Assembly: GCF_022045235.1 (NCBI RefSeq)
Contig: NW_027266286.1
Location: 74,958,001 to 75,022,000, forward strand
Length of the DNA stretch: 64,000 bases
Direction: 5' to 3'
From: Haliotis cracherodii
Lineage: Eukaryota
Both the position numbers and the translations under genes were made by a program. The notes under the pieces were generated by a model, which saw only the letters and a list, made by a program, of their open reading frames with translations, searched no databases and was not told the DNA's origin. Every line of letters starts with the position of its first letter. Position 1 is the first letter of the stretch. Shown one piece after another: positions 53,301-63,287 of the stretch.

Positions 53301-54134
53301 CTCATGAATAACTCGGTATTCGGTAAAACTATGGAGAATCTAAGGAAGCGTGTTGATGTTAAATTAGTCAGATCTAATGAGGAAGAAAGACTCAGGAAAC
53401 TTATAGCCAGTCCGGCTTTTAACAGAAGCAAGATATTCGATAACGACTTAGCCGCGTTGCATATGCAAAAGAGTAATATAAAATTCAACAGACCGGTGTA
53501 CGTCGGTATGAGTATTCTCGACTTGTCAAAACACTTAATGTATGACTTTTATTACAACGAACTTAAGAAGCAATACGGCGATAGATGCGAGGTGTTATAT
53601 ACCGACACAGATTCTTTGTTGATGGAAATACAAACCGAGGATGTGTATAAAGATATGGCAGAAAAAATAGATATGTACGACACGAGCGATTACCCAAAAG
53701 ATAATCCACTGCACAGCGTAGTAAATAAAAAGGTGTTAGGTAAGATGAAGGATGAATGTGCTGGGACTCCTATAGCGGAGTATGTAGGATTAAGACCTAA
53801 GATGTATTCTATAAAGAAGTCCGATAATGGAGAGATAAGAAAAGCCAAGGGTGTTAAGAAGTATGTGGTAAAAAAGCATATCAAACACGAACAGTATAAA
53901 GAATCATTATTCAATGGTAGAACGTTCAAACACGAGATGAACTCTTTAAGAAGTTATGATCATAGGATATATGGATTAAGAATGAACAAGACATCATTAT
54001 CCCCCTTAGATACAAAGAGATGGATTGATAATGATGGTGTAACTACCTATGCTTATGGTTATGGTGGTAATACCGTACCGTCGGGAACTATGAACAACTC
54101 TTCTCGTACAAATGCCCTAGCCGGTCCATCTTGA
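50382..54134 (+). CDS. Protein-primed family B DNA polymerase (pPolB), 1250 aa
   Basis: Exo I YADFE, FHNLRGYD, KGVYPYEY; polymerase motifs YLDANNLYG, KLMNNSVFGKT and YTDTDS. It also has an endonuclease VII-like insert (VRDHCHVTGNYRGAAHNECNL) and two N-terminal Rho-N-like repeats. Confidence 0.96.
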   Translation: MVFVRELKAMAKQRGLRGYSRMRKAELITLLGLEPPQTVRELRVRARNSGLRGYSRMRRAELIALLDKNDDVDDIQHNNDDNQQQQELIFVPTSAGVGKYLRGWKMDINSNMDVNDIKPIISSKINEELDDLQSIKYQLTIKMTLSKSNVDDSVEYTEPYFRSNQEVITESDTINASLDTSIQRIQETLERWTNRGSGWGVDRIDSLYLDIANYMPFKGGSYIDLPPYYKKKKAIINVKNKSDDCLRMMIRSALFPVDKNADRPSSYPQNDGLNFDGIDEPTPISQIDKVEKQNNLAINVFGHSKGIVVHRISSAPEHIPRINSFLIEKDGKYHYTWIKSLNRVLYDQTKYKGKKYFCERCLHGYSRQDLLESHKEDCRGVGQTAIRIDMPKEGKNILKFEHYCNQMPVPYVIYADFEALIKPIENTNHNNQESSFTYKTQEHIPCGFGYIVVRYDGKTNTPVIYRGPDAAGKFLEYLQNEERIIREKLSCKKPMRMSIDDWRAHKKSTSCHVCNKPLDGDSVRDHCHVTGNYRGAAHNECNLKLKMNAQTIPIPVVFHNLRGYDSHLIMQAISKTDGGLTCIPNNMEKYISFSLTKPIHYRDKDGKSRIKQSNGLRFIDSVQFLLSSLDNLAKANNPDDFAITNQYTDKITRHLLLRKGVYPYEYMDDWSRFEETELPPLESFYSNLTESRITDADYEHALTVWDKLGCKNLGDYHDLYLKTDVLLLADIFEIFRKTCLKQYGLDPAWYYSSPGLSWDALLKKTGVELKLLTDYDMHLFIEKGLRGGISMAAKRYSKTNNKLVEGYDPSKPDTHILYLDANNLYGWAMSQPLPTGGFEWVNVNDINVNDENKGYILEVDLEYPSSLHKDHNSYPLAPERLMVNKDWMSEYQRSLMGNNRLANVEKLVPNLMDKTKYIVHYRNLQLYLSLGMKLKKIHRVLKFDQSPWMEPYIRLNTDLRKIATSDFEKNLYKLMNNSVFGKTMENLRKRVDVKLVRSNEEERLRKLIASPAFNRSKIFDNDLAALHMQKSNIKFNRPVYVGMSILDLSKHLMYDFYYNELKKQYGDRCEVLYTDTDSLLMEIQTEDVYKDMAEKIDMYDTSDYPKDNPLHSVVNKKVLGKMKDECAGTPIAEYVGLRPKMYSIKKSDNGEIRKAKGVKKYVVKKHIKHEQYKESLFNGRTFKHEMNSLRSYDHRIYGLRMNKTSLSPLDTKRWIDNDGVTTYAYGYGGNTVPSGTMNNSSRTNALAGPS

Positions 54135-55009
54135 AGATAATAAAGAATAGGCTCTCCTTCTTTCGTAACCAATCGACTAATGTTATACGTCTTAAGGGAC
54201 CATATGGGATCGGTTGCGCGACGTAGGCCTCCTTCGAGTTCACCGGGCTGGTATAAATATCTTACCCTTACTGTATCCGGAAGTTTTTGTTCTTTGCCTC
54301 TCCTCGGTGCTGAAGATTCGGAAGTCACGGATTTCATTTTAATCGCATCGGATGGTTTCTTACCTATTAATCTTGTTACTTCATTATTCAGCGCTGATAC
54401 AACGGCTGATAATCGTGTCACCCATTCGGTTGATCTCAATCGCTCGGATTTCATTTCGATTCCATACTGATAGCCAAACAAACGTTCCGCTAGAGTCCGG
54501 TTAAATCTTTCGACAATGGCTTGACTGCGGTGGGCCTCTCTTTCACCACGGACGATTTTGACATCGTGCTTTGTTAAAAGTTTAGTTACCGATCCCATAA
54601 ACTCTCGACCGGGATCTACTTGAAATAGCTTAGGCCATTTTAGCGGTCCGCGTTTATATATGCGACTCAGGGCATTAGCTACTTCTGTTGAATCTTTCGA
54701 GGTTAATGGCTCAGCCTCTTTGTATCGACTAGCCACATCCACTACTGTTAAAGCGTATTTATACGTTTTGCGTTTTACCTTATCGTGAGGAAGAAACAAG
54801 AGGTCAGCCTGATGAACTTCATTCGTCGTAGAAATATCAAACTTCTTCCTCGGTATATAACGCGGTGCCGGTAAATATATTTGCCACATCGCTTGTTTCT
54901 TTAACCAATCCTTGGCCACATCTTTAGATACCTTAGCCGCGGTGGCTAATTTTTTTATTGCTCCTACACCTTTCCAATATCCTCGTGGGCTATAGTAAAT
55001 TTTATTCAT
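54059..55009 (-). CDS. Retroviral-type (rve, DDE) integrase of the Polinton
   Basis: HQADLLFL, LTVVDVASRY, QVDPGREF and IVERFNRTL motifs. Confidence 0.95.
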   Translation of the reverse strand: MNKIYYSPRGYWKGVGAIKKLATAAKVSKDVAKDWLKKQAMWQIYLPAPRYIPRKKFDISTTNEVHQADLLFLPHDKVKRKTYKYALTVVDVASRYKEAEPLTSKDSTEVANALSRIYKRGPLKWPKLFQVDPGREFMGSVTKLLTKHDVKIVRGEREAHRSQAIVERFNRTLAERLFGYQYGIEMKSERLRSTEWVTRLSAVVSALNNEVTRLIGKKPSDAIKMKSVTSESSAPRRGKEQKLPDTVRVRYLYQPGELEGGLRRATDPIWSLKTYNISRLVTKEGEPILYYLQDGPARAFVREELFIVPDGTVLPP

Positions 55010-55044
55010 TATTAATTAATGTTGATGTTTCCTTTAATACATCT

Positions 55045-55328
55045 CATGACTATCGTTGAATCGCATAATCATTTTGGCATAAAAAATTCCCCCTGTAGTA
55101 GCAGTATAGGTATATGAATCCAGCTCCAGTGGAAGTGAGCCAGAACCCCCATTACCTATAAAAATTTATATCATAGACTCCAGGTGGTGGTCAATTTAAC
55201 TTAATCTCATGACTATCATTGAATCGCATAGTCATTTTGGCATAAAAAATTCCTCCTGTAGTGGTGGTATAAGTATATGAATCCCGCTCCAGTGGAAGTG
55301 AGCCAGAACCCCTATTACCTATACTACT
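55045..55328 (-). repeat. Polinton right terminal inverted repeat (284 bp)
   Basis: Reverse complement of 40383-40666. Confidence 0.95.
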
Positions 55329-55333
55329 GGTGT

Positions 55334-55882
55334 GATACTGCAATACCACAGTAAATAAGGTACTGCAATACCACAGTAAATAAGGTACTGTCATACCACG
55401 GTAAATAAGGAACTGTCATACCACGGTAAATAAGATACTGATATACCACGGTAAATAAGGTACTGACATACCAGGGTAAATAAGGTTCTGTCATACCACG
55501 GTAAATAAGGTACTGATATACCATGGTAAATAAGGTACTGTCATACCACGGTAAATAAGATACTGACATACCACGGTAAATAAGGTACTGATATACCAAG
55601 ATAAATAAGGTACTGACATACCACGGTAAATAAGGTACTGTCATACCACGTTAAATAAGGTACTGATTAACCACGGTAAATAAGGTACTGATATACCACG
55701 GTAAATAAGGTACTGTCATACCACGGTAAATAAGGTACTGATATACAACGGTAAATAAGGTACTGATATACTACAGTAATTAAGGTACTGACATACCACG
55801 GTAAATAAGGTACTGATATACCACGGTAAATAAGATACTGATATACCAAGGTAAATAAGGTACTGATATACCAAGGTAAATA
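55334..55882. repeat. 25-bp minisatellite (GTAAATAAGGTACTGATATACCACG)
   Basis: About 22 tandem copies immediately right of the Polinton TSD. Confidence 0.92.
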
Positions 55883-56305
55883 ATAATAACAAATCTGTGA
55901 TTCGAACTTGACTCCAAGGGTTCGATATACAGATATTCAATACTGTTTCCACTGTACTAAGTAAACAGCAACAACACAATGTACACAACCAAAATCTTTT
56001 ATTTAAAAAAAAACAAAAACAATTTCAATCAAGATTACACACGATATTAGTCAACTGTCAACAAATAAAATGACAGTTACAGATGTAACTGATAAAATAT
56101 CTATCCATAATTATAATACATTCCAGCTCAAATCAGACTCCATAGTACGATTCAAACAAGATCTTAAACTCAGTTCGTTTGAAACCAATACGAAAATACA
56201 CGATATAATTATTCTCTGTTGTGTTGCTATAGCACACCAGGAGGTTGTCGTGGACAAAGTGTATCAATCTGTGTATCTCCAATCTACACTATCTACTCTA
56301 GAGGT

Positions 56306-56480
56306 ACAGTAAACTACGGTTATAACGAACTCAAAGGGACTATTAATTTTAGTTCGTTATAACCGTAATTCGTTATAAGCATATATACAGCATACCTACA
56401 GCATATAGTCGGGACTAAAAAGTTAGTTCGTTATATCCGTTAGTTCGTTATAAGCGTGTTCGTTATAACCGTAGTTATAA
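56306..56480. mobile_element. Tc1/mariner-pogo-type MITE
   Basis: TA|CAGTAAACTACGGTTATAACG ... CGTTATAACCGTAGTT; same family as 22519. Confidence 0.7.
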
Positions 56481-56575
56481 TTCTGTAATTCTTTATTTCA
56501 GATTTAAACACCTAAACACACTCAAGGCCAGTTCGTTCACATCGTTAGATTTCCTTCCAGTATAAGTGGACGTGT

Positions 56576-57310
56576 CTATGTTTCGGGATAGACCTTGCAG
56601 TCCTGAGAGACACCGAACCGGAAGTCGAGAGTGCCAGATATATCCCATGTCACCTTTCCAGTCTCCATTTCAATACGGACATCAGGCGCCTGGTGGGGAT
56701 CGGTGTCAGACAAGATGGTAGCAAGCGTTGACTCTATCACCTTTGGCTTTTCGCTGTCGCCCCGGTATACACGGGCAAGGACCCGACCTTTCATGATGAC
56801 CGTCGACTTGAAGTTGACCTTATGTTTCTCCTCATTGATCCTGAGTTCTGCAACTGTCGTCTTCCCGGGTGCAACCTTCACCTTGGATTTGATGGACCAA
56901 GCAACCGAGTGTTTCACGGTGCTGACATCCTCTGTCGCGATGGTCACTTCATTGCCGAAGCTGCTGGTGGCGTTGGTGATGACGTCTGGTACCTTTACCT
57001 TAATACCAACGCTGCCATCGGTTGTGAAGCCTTTGGTCAAGGTGGTGGTCACCGTGGCGTCTGTGTGCCTCTCCATGGTGAAGGTGTGTTCCTGGGGGAC
57101 GTCGGAGTTGTTGGTGTACCTGGATTTGAACACGACCCCCGAACACTTCTCAACATCTTCTGGGTCCAGAGGCCCGTGTTGATTTATCACTCGGAGCTTG
57201 CTTGTGTCAATCTGCAGCCGAGACAGGTCGTTGTTAAACTCATCTTCCGAAAAGTCGCTATGTTTCTTGGCCCATTTTTCCAATGTCTGGGTGAGATCGT
57301 AAAGTGGCAT
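56576..57310 (-). CDS. ETX/MTX2 (aerolysin-fold) beta-pore-forming protein, paralogue C (244 aa)
   Basis: VVFKSRYTNNSDVPQEHTFTMERH, KGFTTDGSVGIKVKVP, KHSVAWSIKSKVKVAPGKTT and FRFGVSQ align with A and B. Acceptor at 57315-57314; GTGAGT donor at ~57557; TATAAAA at ~57663. Confidence 0.82.
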   Translation of the reverse strand: MPLYDLTQTLEKWAKKHSDFSEDEFNNDLSRLQIDTSKLRVINQHGPLDPEDVEKCSGVVFKSRYTNNSDVPQEHTFTMERHTDATVTTTLTKGFTTDGSVGIKVKVPDVITNATSSFGNEVTIATEDVSTVKHSVAWSIKSKVKVAPGKTTVAELRINEEKHKVNFKSTVIMKGRVLARVYRGDSEKPKVIESTLATILSDTDPHQAPDVRIEMETGKVTWDISGTLDFRFGVSQDCKVYPET

Positions 57311-58384
57311 TTTCTGGAAAGAAAGTTACAACATGTGTACAATAATCCATCAGTAGCATTTGCCGTCAATGTTAGACCTGTAAAATATTGAACATTTTTA
57401 AATGACATGCTACAAGATTTTATGTTTTTAAGCGGCTACCGAAAAATAATCATGACACGATTTATTTACATATGGCTGTACTATTGCAGAGTACGGCGTA
57501 AAAAAAGAAACATACAAATATTCAAAATTGCCACAAAAGTTACAGATTATGACTCACGAGTTAGGTGTGCAGGTGTCGGTGTAGAAGTCGAAGTAGGTGG
57601 GACGTGGTCAACGTGACAGCCGTCTGAAGACTGACGTCTAGTCATTAGTTCAAACATTTTATACTTATAAATTTGGTCAAATATAGAACCAACGTCTGGA
57701 AATTGTCCAAGGAACTGTTGAACTAAAATAAGTCCACGCCAAGAAGAATAACAAGCTGATACACGCCGATTCCATGTAGCCACGCCCCCTTTACACACTC
57801 TCATATATCTCTCTGAACACGTGACTGTAGATAGTACTGTGGTGACGACAATCAGGGTCGATCATTGAATCAGTCATCTGATAGATCGATATCACATGTG
57901 AACATTCGAAGCTATACTTGGCTCGTAGAAGCCCCGCCATGTTTACAATGGTTTTGTTATCGATTGCATTCTTGACGCAGTAGGTTTGAATGCGTGTTTT
58001 TACTGGTAAGACATGCGTCCTTCCTGACTGTGGACGGCCAATGTGGATGTCACAATTATGTCGTCTCAAACAGCTATAAGTTCCAGTCACGCATGGTCTC
58101 GCTTTGACAAGCTTTGTAATACTTCTGAAGTTTTCCTGTACGATCATGATCTGATCAGAAACTCTGTTCCTCCATAATGTATTGCTTCTCTTACAGAGTT
58201 ACATAAAGTCTGAATCGGAGTCGCCTCCGGATTGTGGATGTGATGACTTTAACACTGTTTCGTGGCTTGTAAATCTATCGAAAATATAAAAAATATAGAC
58301 TCAGGTAGATACTGTTGAAGTCAGGCAGCTCTCCTACAAGTAGTCCCGTGTATTACCTCCGTCTCACCCTCTCACCTATTCAAC

Positions 58385-58553
58385 GGGGCGGTGGAGTAGC
58401 CTAGTGGTTAAAGCGTTCGCTCGTCGCGCCGAAGACCCGGGTTCGATTCCCGACATGGGTACAATGTGTGAATCCCATTTCTTATGTCCCAACCGTGATA
58501 TTGCTGGAATATTGCTAAAAGCGGCGTAAAACAATACTCACTCACTCACTCAC
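58385..58553 (+). mobile_element. tRNA-derived SINE, family 1
   Basis: Full head, core and ACTC tail. Confidence 0.85.
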
Positions 58554-58756
58554 CCATTCCTCCCACATCCTCACCCCTGCCTGCTCACCATCAGCTGTGG
58601 TCAAGTGGATCCTTGGCTGTGCTGGTATACCCACGTCAGCACCCTCGGATCATATTCCAATCGGTCCGGGAATTTTTCAGATTATCAGAAATTCCAATGT
58701 TAAATGCCCAAATAGTTACACCATAGTGTCAGTTACAGGGGAACCTCATTTCATAT

Positions 58757-59049
58757 GAGGGGGCACGGGTGGCCCAGTCGTCTAAAGCGCCGCGATTCGC
58801 TCTGCAGAGTTGCGTCCCTTGGGCACGCCAGAAACCTATGATTGTGGGTTCGAATCCCGGTTCGCCCCGATTATGTTTCTTGGTTTGTCAGCACCATACC
58901 CGGGCTCGTGGGTTTCACATAAGTGGTAAACGTCCGAGACCTGCATCACTTCGGGCTTTCCTCCCACATTAAGCTGACACTCCGTGATATAACTAGAATA
59001 CTGTTAAAAGCGGCGTTAAACCCAACTCACTCACTCACTCACTCACTCA
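58757..59049 (+). mobile_element. tRNA-derived SINE, family 3
   Basis: Close match to 23391-23667, with an ACTC tail. Confidence 0.8.
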
Positions 59050-59982
59050 TTGACCCTGTGTATGTTTCGCATATAAAATTGATATGTATAAGTTGTGATA
59101 TACAGACAATATTAGCCGGGTGTGTATTCGTACCGTAAATATTTTCCATTAGGAATAACAATTGCACATATATTCTTGATATATGATATTTATAATACGG
59201 AAAGACGAGAGTACTAATATTCTTGTCACAGACTGACAAAATAGTCGATGTTTACGACGTTTGACTTCACTCAATGAAGTAACTTTATCGCATCGATAAC
59301 ACTACACATTATATCATGACACAATCTGTTTGTTTCAATCCTAGAGAGCATCATCATGTTCACTTGGGGTGTAACCTATGTTGACCTCGGACATGATCAA
59401 ACTGAGCACGACGTTATCAAGGCAACAGTTGCTGTTGACCCCTGTGCTTATTTTGTAGACAGTTTTCCAGAAAGGTTAATCTTTCATATTTTGATTGTTA
59501 GAGATGATTAGTCTCTTGATACACAGTTATCTTTTAAAAATAACCATATATGAATACTGTCGATATCGATATTTAAATTGCACATTAATATTGTTTGTGT
59601 GTTATGAGATACAAAAACAGTTGTTTATACTATTATCTAAAGGTTTTTTAGTTTGTTTGTTTGTTTGTTGTTTAACGCCGCACTCAGCAATATTCCAGAA
59701 TACGCCGCTTACGACAAGCATAACCGAGTTGCTGAAGACCTAGTCTACCCCGGAATCTTCACGGGTCCTATCTGAGGGTACTCTGTGTATGTATATCAGG
59801 TAAATACTGGATACTGAAAGTAAGTCTACTTCTGTAAGCTGTTTATATACTTTGAAAGTTGTTTTCGATGATTTCTTTGTAGGGAATGTATCCTTTGTCG
59901 ATTTACAATCAATCTCATTTTCTTCTATTCTTATGAAGCAACGTATTGCATAGAATTGATGTTTTTTTCATTGGCGGCCGAG

Positions 59983-61865
59983 GTACTCCTGCCATACAAC
60001 GGCGGCCTGTAACGTCTACGGACCTTGTGCACGCAGGACTCCAGCCATGCAACGGCGGCCTGTAACGTCTACGGACCTGGTGCACGCAGGACTCCAGCCA
60101 TGCAACGGCGGCCTGTAACGTCTACGGACCTGGTGCACACAGCACTCCAGCCATGCAACGGCGGCCTGTAACGTCTACGGACCTGGTGCACGCAGGACTC
60201 CAGCCATGCAACGGCGGCCTGTAACGTCTACGGACCTGGTGCACGCAGCACTCTTGCCATGCAACGGCGGCCTGTAACGTCTACGGACCTGGTGCACACA
60301 GCACTCCAGCCATGCAACGGCGGCCTGTAACGTCTACGGACCTGAAGCCAGCCATGCAACGGCGGCCTGTAACGTCTACGGACCTGGTTCACACAGCACT
60401 CCTGCCATGTAACGGCGGCCTGTAACGTCTACGGACCTGGTGCACACAACACTCCAGCCATGCAACGGCGGCCTGTAACGTCTACGGACCTGACTCCTGC
60501 CATGCAACGGCGGCCTGTAACGTCTACGGACCTGGTTCACACAGCACTCCTGCCATGCAACGGCGGCCTGTAACGTCTACGGACCTGGTGCACGCAGCAC
60601 TCCTGCCATGCAACGGCGGCCTGTAACGTCTACGGACCTGGTGCACACAGCACTCCTGCCATGCAACGGCGGCCTGTAACGTCTACAGACCTGACGCCAG
60701 CCATGCAACGGCGGCCTGTAACGTCTACGGACCTGGTGCACACAGTACTCAAGCCATGCAACGGCGGCCTGTAACGTCTACGGACCTGAAGCCAGCCATG
60801 CAACGGCGGCCTGTAACGTCTACGGACCTGGTGCACACAGCACTCCTGCCATGCAACGGCGGCCTGTAACGTCTACGGACCTGGTGCACACAGTACTCCA
60901 GCCATGCAACGGCGGCCTATAACGTCTACGGACCTGACTCCTGCCATGGAAAGGCGGCCTGTAACGTCTATGGACCTGATGCACGCAGGACTCCAGCCAT
61001 GCAACGGCGGCCTGTAACGTCTACGGACCTGGTGCACACAGCACTCCTGCCATGCAACGGCGGCCTGTAACGTCTACGGACCTGACGCCAGCCATGCAAC
61101 GGCGGCCTGTAACGTCTACGGACCTGGTGCACACAGTACTCCAGCCATGCAACGGCGGCCTGTAACGTCTACGGACATAAAGCCAGCCATGCAACGGCGG
61201 CCTGTAACGTCTACGGACCTGGTTCACACAGCACTCCTGCCATGCAACGGCGGCCTGTAACGTCTACGGACCTGGTGCACACAGCACTCCAGCCATACAA
61301 CGGCGGCCTGTAACGTCTACGGACCTGACGCCAGCCATGCAACGGCGGCCTGTAACGTCTACGGACCTGAAGCCAGCCATGCAACGGCGGCCTGTAACGT
61401 CTACGGACCTGGTGCACACAGCACTCCTGCCATGCAACGGCGGCCTGTAACGTCTACGGACCTGGTGCACACAGCACTCCAGCCATGCAACGGCGGCCTG
61501 TGACGTCTACGGACCTGGTGCACACAGTACTCCTGCCATGCAACGGCGGCCTGTAACGTCTACGGACCTGGTGCACACAGCACTCCTGCCATGCAACGGC
61601 GGCCTGTAACGTCTACGGACCTGAAGCCAGCCATGCAACGGCGGCCTGTAACGTCTACGGACCTGGTGCACACAGCACTCCTGCCATGCAACGGCGGCCT
61701 GTAACGTCTACGGACCTGGTGCACACAGCACTCCAGCCATGCAACGGCGGCCTGTAACGTCTACGGACCTGGTGCACACAGTACTCCTGCCATGCAACGG
61801 CGGCCTATAACGTCTACGGACCTGAAGCCAGCCATGCAACGGCGGCCTGTAACGTCTACGGTCCT
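59983..61865. repeat. 53/42-bp minisatellite (GCCATGCAACGGCGGCCTGTAACGTCTACGGACCTGGTGCACACAGCACTCCT)
   Basis: About 37 tandem copies of two length classes. Confidence 0.95.
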
Positions 61866-62199
61866 GGTGGTTAAGGTCATGGCAAATAATACACATGGCG
61901 TCTTTCTTTCTGCTTTCTGTATCTATCCAGGACCTATGTCACCTTGTGCTTTTCTCCCATATCTCGCCGACACACTGTCGTATGAATGAAATGATGTTCA
62001 CAGCGGCGATAAACCCAACTCACTCACTCACTCACACAAGTAATGTGAAGCATCGGATAACCAACCCTTACCAATCCCTAACTCGCACTGAATGCATGTA
62101 TGTATGACGACAAGTCTGTGTGTGAAGATCCGCGTTTCTTGTGGGACAAAGATGAATATGTTGTGTTACATGTTCTTGTTACTGTGACGAACCTCAGAC

Positions 62200-62633
62200 T
62201 GAAACTGAACACGATAAAAATTAAACTATTTTTCACGACTGTCAAAAAAAGTGTAGTCTATTCTCTCTTGAAACCACAATTTGAATTAGAAAATTATCTG
62301 ACGTCCCTACCGCTAAATAAAGCTATCCCTCTACTTTTATTTCGTACTTCATGCCACCACTTAACAATTGAAAAAGGAAGATGGAATGGGATACCTATTT
62401 GTGAAAGAAAATGTAAACTGTGTTTTATTGATGATATTGGAGATGAATTTCACTATATTTTTAAATGTCCATATTTTACTAAAGAAAGAATTTTGTATAT
62501 CCCACCTACATATTCTAAAAGACCTAATATGATTAAATTTCAAAGACTTTTCACTTGTAAAGAGATATCTGTATTAAAAAAACTTAGTAAATTCTGTAAA
62601 TATGTAATGCAAATTGTAAAATCTTCCGGCTAA
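62200..62633 (+). mobile_element. Non-LTR retrotransposon ORF2 C-terminal fragment (CCHC zinc knuckle)
   Basis: LENYL...FRTSCHHLTIEKGRW...RKCKLC...IGDEFHYIFKCPYF; 5'-truncated. Confidence 0.8.
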
Positions 62634-63170
62634 CCACATATCCGCTATTATAATGTGTATTTTGCTGTCATTTTGTACCTCATATGCCGAGGATCTCGGC
62701 CTGAGCATAATAAAGTTCTCTTCTGTTCTGTCACAAGTTGTGTCATCACGTGACCCAGATCAAAACTCACCCGATTATAACGGTGATTCGAGTAAATGGC
62801 ATTGGGGTTGCTGGGATTAAAATGTAAAAATAATGAATTGTTTCTACAAATTGTTTGAAAAAATAGTTTTATGTTTCGGTTCTTTGAAAAAAATTGAAAT
62901 AACCTGCCACAAATATTACATTGTTGCAAGGTGTTTAAAACAACCATACATTCTCATAATATAAGATAAAAAAATTATCTGGTTTTGCAGATATATATAT
63001 TTTTTTTCCATCTCCCCAAAATGCCGATATTTAGCCATAGGATGTTATCTAATACGATATGAAAATTAGTGAGTAATACTGTGTGGAGTCCTGGCAAGTC
63101 TAAGTCTAAATAAAGACACGCAGTCATGTTACTGGCTTACTCAAGAGAGCTTATTTTATAGTGATTCATA

Positions 63171-63287
63171 GTGAGTGAGTGAACGAGTATTGTTTAACGC
63201 CGCTTTTAGCAATGTTCCAGCAATATCACGGCGTGGGACACCAGAAATGGGCTTCACACATTGTACCCATGGCGGGAATCGAACCCG
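63171..63287 (-). mobile_element. tRNA-derived SINE, family 1 (5'-truncated)
   Basis: B box, core and ACTC tail on the minus strand. Confidence 0.75.

Larger units (their letters stand above)
40383..55328. mobile_element. Complete Polinton/Maverick (adintovirus-like endogenous dsDNA virus), 14,946 bp
   Basis: 5'-AGTAGT...ACTACT-3' termini, 284-bp TIRs and TSD GGTGT (40378-40382 / 55329-55333). It encodes pPolB, a retroviral-type integrase, a packaging ATPase, a major capsid protein and minor capsid proteins as dense intronless ORFs. Confidence 0.96.

Noticed and set aside
58385-58460. tRNA-like sequences here and at 12010-12085, 24316, 40094, 23391 and 58757
   Set aside because: They are SINE heads followed by SINE cores and ACTC tails, with imperfect cloverleafs.
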